Source of the DNA: Auanema rhodensis
Lineage: Eukaryota; Animalia; Nematoda
Reading direction: 5' to 3'
Assembly (NCBI GenBank): GCA_964057225.1
Contig: OZ059897.1
Location: forward strand, 13,702,001 to 13,766,000
Length of the DNA stretch: 64,000 nt
Both the position numbers and the translations under genes were made by a program. Below the pieces are notes generated by a model, which was given only the letters and a program-made list of their open reading frames with translations, did no database searches and was not told where the DNA came from. Below are positions 54,990-64,000 of this stretch, in pieces; position 1 is the first letter of the stretch, and each line of letters starts with the position of its first letter.

Positions 54990-56008
54990 TTATCTGATGA
55001 TGACTATTTCGACGGCATCATCATCGACGTCTTTCTTCTTTTCACTCCAGATTACAATGTGAAACCGAATTCCGGTCCGTGGTACGAGGAGTTTCTTATA
55101 GAAAACGATCAATGCCACAGTGTTACGTATAGATATATATTAAAAGTACAAAGAATAAGTAAGAAATAAAAATATTTAATTTCAAAGAAAAATACAGAAA
55201 AAAACTGTTTTCGTCTATTGCATAAACGAACGATCTTTTCACGAGAGCCCGTATTGGTTAATACCTGACAAGAATGGCTAATATGAGATAATGATTGGAA
55301 AAAAAAGTATTCAAAATATCTACATCATTGAGAAGAGAAACATCTTATCCAGCTGGTGCATATCTCTGATAATACCTTCGGCGTGGTACAACTTCTGGAT
55401 TAGGTACATGTTTCTCTAACTGACACAGTATAGTGAAATTATCGGTAAAGGCTACCATGAGTTGTAAATACGATAAAAACTGCAAAATTATATTAAGTTG
55501 TGTTCAAACAAGTATTTTGATTATATTTTGAATTTTTCATAAATTTTTTTAAGAACATACTAATGGGCCAGCGTTCTCAGATTCAGTCGTTTGCATTGAT
55601 AGAAGAAGAATTCTCAAAATTGCTAGTTGAGTTGTACCGAAAACATTAAGAATTGTCTGAAAAGTTTAAAAAAGTGTATTTAATTCACATTTAGACTTAA
55701 TTTACCTTTAATTTGAATTTTTGCCACATCTCTCGTAAAGACGGAAGATGATAATTTGATGATGACGCATAATTAAAGGTTACAGAGTATAAAATACTAG
55801 TGAGTAATGGAACAGAATAAATTCCATCTGTGAATAAATGAAGAATAAATGACACCAAGCCAATAGTCTGGAAAAAAAAAACATAAATTTAATAGAAATA
55901 TATGTAAAATAAAATATATTTTATAGTAAAATTGTAAAAATAATAAATTACCGTTGAAATATTTCGGAGAGCAGTTAAAAGGTGCTTCTCTTCTTTCTCA
56001 TCATGCAT
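54990..56008 (-). CDS. Orphan multi-exon protein (~205 aa), unknown function
   Basis: Seven phase-consistent exons: MHDEKEEKHLLTALRNIST|TIGLVSFILHLF...KFKLK|TILNVFG...NAGPL|FLSYLQLM|RNMYLIQKLYHAEG...FSMI|HSCQVLTNTGSREKIVRLCNRRKQFFS|KLLVPRTG...VEIVIIR*. Further upstream exons are possible. Confidence 0.6.
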
Positions 56009-59000
56009 CTATAATTATATAATATATGTATATTTATATCTTTAATTCAGTTTTTCAAATTATAGTCTGACAAGTGGAACATGAAAAATATTATTAGAAG
56101 AATATGATTTGACGAAAAATGCTATATTAGAATAAATTATCACAAATATAGTTAATTAATGAAAAATATAATATATTATTCAATTCACTGATATAATTAA
56201 TTGAAAATTCAGCTTTTTACTCGATTATATCTTATAACTTTTCATTCAAATATTAAGTTTATTTGAGTAAATCTTCTCACTGAAATCCCTGAAAATCAGG
56301 ATTGTATTAGTGGTCATGTTATATCTGTTCGAACAGTAGAATAGCTTTTGTAGGCTTAGCTATATAGTAGAGTGGGCAGAAGAGCAGGTTTTTCGATGTA
56401 AAACCGACCAAACACACATCATACACATATGGAAATAAAGGGGGGGAATAGGAGAAACAAGCTGTTTTCTGCCATTTTCTAAGATAAGAAAATAAAGTTT
56501 CTATCGTTTATTATATAAACTTATACATCGGTATTTCAAGTTGGTGTACATTTAATAATAGGTTGTTCCACATATTTAAATTGTAAGCTGGGGTTATGGA
56601 AGCAGAAAACAGATCAAAGATATTCTTTTAGCCATGCAATGAAGTTCAAATTAATATTATTACTGTTTTTAAAAAATTCAAAAACATTGCAATAGTTATG
56701 ACATGTATGAGAAATTTTAAAGAAAGACATGAAAAAAGGTTTTTATTGCGTCCAATGAAAGAAAAGAGACAGAACTGCTGAACGATTAGTGGACGAGTGA
56801 ATCTGTAGAAGAAATAATAGGAAAAGACACACATTCCCACCCAGACACAGATGAACTGACTGTTTACTGCCCTCCGGGTGAAAAAGAAAATAGAAAGAAG
56901 ATGATGAATACGAAGAATATGAAAAAGAATCAAGACAACACAACCAATGAAGGTTGAAGGTGAAAGCAGGTGAAGGGGCAACTACTTCAGAAACAGAAAA
57001 CAAGGCAATTGGATGGCATATTATGAAGATTGCTAAGAACGATAAGAAGTGGAGGATCGATTTTCGTCAAGGTTGGCACCATTTTCCGTAATATGGTCTC
57101 CTCAACCGTTTTGAAAACACTAGAATATAGGAGATGTAATATTCGTTCTTGAGCAGTGGACAAAAATGAAACGAAAGATGAACATCCATCCGTCCTACAT
57201 AGCGTCATATTCGGTGAAGAGAATTATGGAGTCGTTTTGTGGTTTGTGATTGAAATGATCTTTAAAAGGATCACATGGATTTTTCTTGAAGGAAAGCTAT
57301 TCGAAATTATAATCGCTAAATTGACAATTTTCTGATAATAATATTGATTTTATAATGAACTTCGTACAGTACATAAGAAATAAATTGATGTATGTATTAA
57401 TTGGTTATAAACAGTTTTATAAAGTTGGTCATTTATTGACAACGCTCTACAGCTGAGTTTACATATTGGTAGAATTAGGCCAAAAGCTAATTTCTCTATT
57501 AACTAAGCGATGATGTGATCATTTATTTATTATGTGATCATGATAATCATTATGAAAACGGATATAATACCATAATATATAATAAGCAGAAATGATTAAG
57601 AAAACAAGTTCGAAACAATGAACAAGCTCATTCAGATTAAAGACATTAAGAGAAACATGAAAAGAAACTTGAGAAAAGAAAAAAAACAGATACGAAGTAA
57701 AAGGCTGACAAGTATAAGACTAAATAACAGGGGAGAAGGGTGAAAAAAATTGGTTGTTCGGGTCGATAAAGAAGAAAAACTAAAAATGAAAGGAGTGAAT
57801 AAAGGAGACAGGCAGCGAATGAGGGAGAGGATAGACCAAACGGCAATCAAGCGAATACCAATTATAAATCTATATACACTATGTCCAGATTGGCTAATAC
57901 AGATGAGTGTCATCTATTCGTCTTCTCTCATAACTATCCTTACTTAGATCTTCATACAGCTTTCTATCTGTGCAGCTCTTCTGTTTCAGTTAAGCAGTTG
58001 ATTCAGTATTTTCGAGATATTGAACAGATGGCTGTCACTTCCTTTTAGTCCCTCAAAGCAATCAAAAGGAAATGAATTTTGGTCTTTATGCTCAACCAAG
58101 AAAAATTCTACTGCACATGAGTAAAGAAAAAAGATTATTATGTAATTGGAAAAATATGTTAAACGACAAAAAAATTTGCAAAAATTATGCCATAGAAATA
58201 TGTTAAACACTGTTTTAATGCTCTCTATGGTTTTTGGAATCAGTAGTTGACCTGCATAACTGGATTATAGCAACCATTTTAAAATTTACAACAGCACTTT
58301 CCAACCGAAAGTCTGAGAAAAAATCTTATGAACAGCCTTTGTGATCTGTATACATATTTAGGCTATGTAAAATTTTTTCAAGTTAGAAAACAGGAAACAG
58401 ACTAAGATTACTCGACTTACAGTGACCTTTCCTATAGAAAGGTGAAAACTTAAAAGATTTATCTTATCGCTTTCGAGATAATATCTAACTCCGAAAGGCG
58501 AGATGAATCACACAAGGGCAAGACTTCAAAAAACTGAATAAACATGAAATTTTGGCAGAATAATTGCCAGATGGGGACACTAAATGAATTGAGTACAAAG
58601 CTTAAAATTTCCCCGTTTGAGCAAAGGTTAGCTTTGAGTTAGGGTAACAGGTCATAATAGACAATAGGTATTGAATGACTGTAAGCAATAGAAACGGCAT
58701 TGATCAACTGACTATTTTCGAGGTCAGGCCACTATAATACAAGGACGAAAGAAAAAAACTGAAGTAATTATTTGAATTTCGTTAATTATTTAATTATATG
58801 TTTATATATAATATGGAAATGCAAATGCAGCATACAATCGCTAGATTATAGATCTATTGAAAAATGGAGGAGTAATATTGATGGTACAGGTTTAAAAACA
58901 TGGATAATCAATAAAGAAAATCATGTTGTTTGAACGACATAAATTTCCACAAATTATTACAACGAAAACATTCACATATGCTTTAAGCTTTTGGAGAGAT

Positions 59001-59387
59001 TAACACGAAAAATATCTTTGGTTGGAAGATTTTTTCGAGATCTGGAACTGCATTCGAGAAAAAAGTTCAAAGACAAGGCTGAATATCTCACCATTTTACC
59101 AGAAGAATGAGATCACATTGATAAGGGAATTCCATGATGGATGAAGTAATGATTTCTTTATATTGAAACTTGAATGAATCAATTATTTGTTCATATTAAT
59201 TAATAATTACATGATATCTCTATACAGCATCGATAGGTCTTCCCCGTACTTTTACCATGATGTCTATCAGTAGTGTTGTCTTGTACGCAAAAAAAAAACA
59301 GTACGCAAATAAAATTAAAAAATTGCTTCAGCTTTCATTTATTATTTTATTGAAACTGAGTTGTTATTTCTATTTTTTTTTCAGAGC

Positions 59388-60984
59388 ATGGGAAAAGTAT
59401 TCAAAAAGAAAGCTGCTTCTAGTGGGGCATCTGAAAATAAAAAGGTTTAATTTGTTCAAATTCTTAAATACTTTGAAAATTTTCAGAAAAATCTTAAAAG
59501 AAAGATTGAGGAGCCTGAAGAAGTAAATGAACCCGTTATCCCTGAACCTGAGGTTGATACGACTTCAGAAATGGTTGTTTAACAAAGTAAAATTTTCAGG
59601 AGGAAGAAGATCCTGTTCAAGCTTCTGACGAAGAGGTAGAATCTGGAGCTGAGGAAGATGAGTTAGACGATGAAGAATTGGAAGATGAGGAGGAGGATGA
59701 TGATGATGATGATGAAGAAGGTTTGTAGATTTAAAAGTCTAATGGAGGGTTTTTTTGTTTAAGGTGAAAGTAAGAACCTTATGAATGATGCATCCTCGGA
59801 AAAAGCTGAATTTGATTTTGAGGCGTTTCCTTTAGAACAACAAGATAAAGATGGCTTAATCAACATGCTTACGCAAGTATATCCTATATAGTAAAATATT
59901 AGGCTATCATATTACAATTAAGATATTTTTACGTACTGACGTTGATGTCGGAGGTTTAGCTGATGAAATGATTAGAATTGCTCCAATTGGCAATGTAGTT
60001 GGGGTATATTCTTTTTATTTTGTTATATAAATATTATCCAGTTATATATTTAAGCCCGCTGAAGATCAAGCCGATGAAGATAGTGAAAATGTTGTGTACG
60101 GAGTTGTAACAGCCGTTGATTTGAATCTTAAAAAGGTGAGTCGTTTTAGTGCTTTATCACTCATGATGTGTTTTAGGAAGAACCAGTAAAATATGCACAA
60201 AGTGTTGTGGATTTTCTTCTACAAAAGGCTAATAAGTATGCATCCAAGAACATTATTGACGCATTCAATGAGTTAAAAACTATTCGGGTAAGGATATACT
60301 TAGTTCCTTGTTCATATTGAAATCGTATTAAGTCCGGACTTTTGATTAACGAAAGAATGCTCCATTTCCCTAATCAGATTGTTACTCCATGCTTTAATAG
60401 TTTAAGGTTAGACTAAAAAATTTTTATTATGAATATTTCTCACTTTAAGTGTTGACTTGGCCGGAATGAAAACTCCATACAAAAAAGTTGTATATATTCA
60501 GAAACTTCGAGTTTGCGATGCTGAAGAGGTTAATATTTTTGTTTTCCCAAAAATTATCTTTTTTTTTCCAGTCAAATGGCCCAAAAAACACTGTTCCAAT
60601 GAGAAAGAAAAAAAAATTAGGAAAGGCTGCTAAGGTTCGCTACCCCGGCAACATTATCGATTTCCAATAATGAAAATTTAGAAGCGGCTTGCAGCAGAAT
60701 CGTTGGCTCAAAAGCAAGTAACATTTGATAATGTTGAGGATGCAGACCTTTATGAATTATCCACTGGTTCTCTTGTTTCTTTTGATTATCCTGTTCACAA
60801 TGATGTGGAAGCTGATAGTAAATTCCACATCGTTGAGAAGGACAAGAAGAAATATCTCCCCTATAGACGTGCAACTATCATGGATGCTGCTAGGTTTTGC
60901 GAATATTTGAATAATCTTTCTAAAAATACATTTTTAAGGTTTGATGCATTCGTGAAACGTGTTGCTTCTACACATTATGAATAA
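59388..60984 (+). CDS. BCCIP/BCP1 homolog (p21- and BRCA2-interacting; ribosome biogenesis chaperone)
   Basis: MGKVFKKK start after TTTCAG, acidic D/E tract, EFDFEAFP...DKDGLINMLTQIFL, VYGVVTAVDL, GLLINERMLHFPNQI, FDNVED, FDYPV, PYRR; stop at 60984. Confidence 0.88.
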
Positions 60985-63244
60985 TCTTAGTTGTTTTCTT
61001 TTATATTGTTATGGTTGTTGGTTGTTGAATATGAAATTTTTTTCTCCAATAATCTCCCTACTACATAATCGTCTAGATTTCGCACAGTATGGAATTACTT
61101 CCCGATATAGCCCGTTTTTTGCAAAATCATCATTTTTAAAAAGTTCAATAGCGAAATATACTACAAAATGATAATACTAACCCAATATGATGATTCGATT
61201 ACACATGCCCGAAAATACAATTATAGAAAATCATCTTAACATGATGACAATTCTGAAATTGGTACTTGTTTTAAAGTCATCATTTTATCGGTCAATTTCT
61301 TAAAAATTTACGTACATGTTTCTTTAAATGTACTCTGAAGTATATAATAGCCCAAATTTCTCTCTCGGATGCCTGCTGTTGGTCATTCATTCGATCAAAG
61401 CTTAGGCTGATGCAATATATAAAATACATTTGTCATCCACGTTGCTTCTCTATATAAATAAAAGAAATTCTCTCAATAACACAGTCATCAGTTCTATCCT
61501 GGTGTATGTAGTTTCCTAAATCTAAACACAGCCCGCGTTTTCAGTTGCCGCTCAGTAATATGGTCCCGCTACATCCAATCCATTCTATTTCCCAATATTA
61601 TTTGAAATTTTGGGGAATTCCTAGTAGGAATATGCCAATGCCACTTGCACGTTTTTTATTTCTCATTTCTTTGTCTATACCTCGCTGATCCCACTGCACT
61701 TTTCAGCTGTTGTATTTCTCTTATCTCTCTTTTCGGACCAATGTGCAGTGTAATATTGCTGAAATTTAGATTTTTAAAATATTTATAGTTTTTTTTGTTT
61801 CTATATTCCTAGTCTATAATAAGATTTGGCTAAGATTGGATGAGTCGTTCTATTTAACTATTTTATGAACTGTTAAGGAATACATCTATTCCTCAATTTC
61901 GATTTGTGATTTTTGTAATCGTATCTTTGGAAAAATCTTCTATATCAGTGGATTTAGGAAATGGTCATCTTTTTTCAAGTTGTAATATCCATCAGGTGCT
62001 AACCCTTTAGCCTCGTCTTTTTTTCTTTAAGTCCCAATTCTCAAAATATATACACGTGCTAGCATAGTTTAGCCTTGCGTTTTCAATGCAATGATATTCT
62101 TGTTCTTTCTTCGTAGCTAGGTTTATATTGATGTTCTTTAGTGCGTGGTCATCTCTGTCAAATTCCGATTAGAGAATGTCGCAGAGTTAGATAAAGAGAG
62201 ACATGGAAGGAGAGAAAGGGGTAAGATCGTAATAAGATAGTAAGAATGGGTATGGTAAGAAGGAGAGTACGAGTAGTTTTCTTTCCCATACATCATCAGA
62301 CTCAACCGCAAGATTTCGAAGACAACTGATGATCTCCCAGTTGTAGACGTTAAACTTTTCTTTTCAAGTAATTTATAGTGTGCAGCTTGCAGCAATAATT
62401 GTCAAGTGTCTCGATCTCGCCGACTTGATTGATTATTAAGATTGGGCTGTCCATCTTGGGAACCGTATATAAATGTTCCTTTGCCAATAAAGGTTTACAA
62501 GGTGCCTTAAATGCAAGAGTCTCTTCATATTTTAAGATTTGCTATTTGATTTTAATACCAAATTCTTTTATTACTTTTATTACCTTTTGTTCAAGTTGTC
62601 ATTGAAAGGTTATCCAGTATCACTTTAATATAGTAATGTGCGTTTTATTTCCAACATTATCAAGCTCACGCTCTCTTTTTCTTCTTTCTTTCTCTGCTCT
62701 ATTAATTTCCTTAGTATTGAATTTTAATCTCTAAGCACTAATTTAACTCTTGGCTGTCGCAACAGTTGATTGCTGAGACCAATGCAAAAATCGTGATCAA
62801 GTCGATCAACTGCTTGAACAACCAGCTTTAGAATGTCAAACATTTCCTATCCTTTGCGAACTACCATTGCCTAATCAGATTGGTCTTTTCTAATCTGTTT
62901 GTCTTTGGTATAAAGGTAGTCGAAGCTTTGTAGGTAATAGCTGTTTTCAGTGCCCCTTAACATCCATTTGTTGCAACTCTCATCCTCCCTAATACATGAA
63001 TTGTCATTATTAGGCTAGCAAGTTTTCTTTTACTCTCCAACAACCCACACTCTTTTCTGACCGGATTTGATTTCTTTCTTTAAATCATGAAAAATGTCGT
63101 CATTTCTTTGTTATCAATACAACTCACGTTGCCGATGTTTGAAGGCTATATTTTTTTAGAATTTGATTTTTTGATCATTTGCTAAAAATACTTATGATAA
63201 AAGGTTTTTCTTTAGGTAGTTTCTATTTCTTATCAAGCAATATC

Positions 63245-64000
63245 ATGGCTTCCCAGGATCGTTTCCCTCACTTCGGAACCACTGCTATCCATGTTGGACA
63301 AGAACCTGAGCAATGGGATATGAATCAGGTTCGTTATTAAAAAATAAGGAGCAAGCTTTTCTAACTATTTTCCGGTTTTAACTATTCATTATTCTTGTAT
63401 GGATTATCATTTAATTGTTATCTTAAATTAAGGTTGTTCCACCCATCTCTCTCTCTTCCACATACAAACAGGATCGTCCCGGAGAACCAAAGGGACACGA
63501 TTATTCTCGCGCAGGAAATCCAACTAGAGATGTTCTTCAGAAGAATTTGGCTGCTCTTGAAGATGCTAAGCATTGTAAGGGATTTATCAGAAAAATAAAA
63601 GAATATTTTTTCTTTTACAGGCCATGTTTTCTCATCCGGACTCGCTGCTAGCGCTGCTATTATCAACATGCTGAAGACTGGTGACCACATTATCTGCTCT
63701 GATGATGTATACGGAGGTTAGAAGTATATAATGTACGACTAAAACAATGAAACAAATTTAGGAACTCAGCGTTACATTAGAAAAGTTTCCGTTCCACAAC
63801 ACGGAATCGAGGTTGACTTCGTTGACTTGACTAACTTGCCCTCTTTGGAAGCTGCTTTCAAGCCAAATACAAAGGTTAGAAGAGGAAGTCATGTAATCAG
63901 TACTAATTTTATCGAACTTTTAGATGATCTGGTTCGAGTCTCCATCCAACCCCCTTCTCAAAGTTGTTGATATCTCTGCTGTTGTACAAGCAGCCAAGAA
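63245..64000 (+). CDS. cth-2: Cystathionine gamma-lyase (5' part, runs off the window)
   Basis: MASQDRFPHFGTTAIHVGQEPEQWDMNQVVPPISLSSTYKQ, DYSRAGNPTR, FSSGLAA, DDVYGGT, WFESPSNP. cth-2 rather than cth-1 is inferred from recalled linkage to the BCCIP gene. Confidence 0.9.

Noticed and set aside
56646-58210. Several 60-110 aa ORFs on both strands
   Set aside because: Purine/pyrimidine-skewed low-complexity promoter-like DNA with no coherent exon chain.
61692-61750. 8-bp inverted repeat CACTGCAC/GTGCAGTG
   Set aside because: Too short, with an unstructured interior and no box motifs.
62763-62812. Imperfect hairpin CAGTTGATTG/CGATCAACTG as a miRNA candidate
   Set aside because: Pairing collapses after ~10 bp, too short for a pre-miRNA.
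1-64000. CRISPR arrays, rRNA, SL RNA, transposase or RT genes
   Set aside because: Eukaryotic DNA with no regularly spaced repeats, SL1/SL2 leader sequence or transposase motifs seen by eye.

Overview
AT-rich, intron-dense eukaryotic DNA from a rhabditid (clade V-like) nematode: short ~40-60 nt introns, TTTCAG/TAG acceptors, putative trans-splice sites just before ATGs, and proteins close to C. elegans families. I assembled all gene models by hand from splice signals and reading frame; most entries in the ORF track are exon fragments or spurious low-complexity frames. Gene order: CUB-domain surface protein (+), Frag1/DRAM/Sfk1 (PGAP2-like) membrane protein (-), trehalose-6-phosphate synthase tps-2-like (+), small single-pass membrane protein with several candidate first exons (+), neprilysin (-), two DB-module secreted proteins flanking a tiny PVV-repeat gene (-), SLC17-like MFS transporter (-), putative amidated neuropeptide precursor (+), orphan gene (-), BCCIP homolog (+) and the 5' part of cystathionine gamma-lyase (+). 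The most notable structure is a 4.1-kb phase-0 tps intron between the synthase and HAD-like domains. It holds an antisense Cys-rich GPI-type gene and a complete same-strand arl-3 gene with its own X-box, and the arl-3 splice phases are compatible with in-frame TPS/ARL-3 chimeras. Orthology and synteny statements are from memory and unverified. I recognised no tRNA, rRNA, transposase or CRISPR array.
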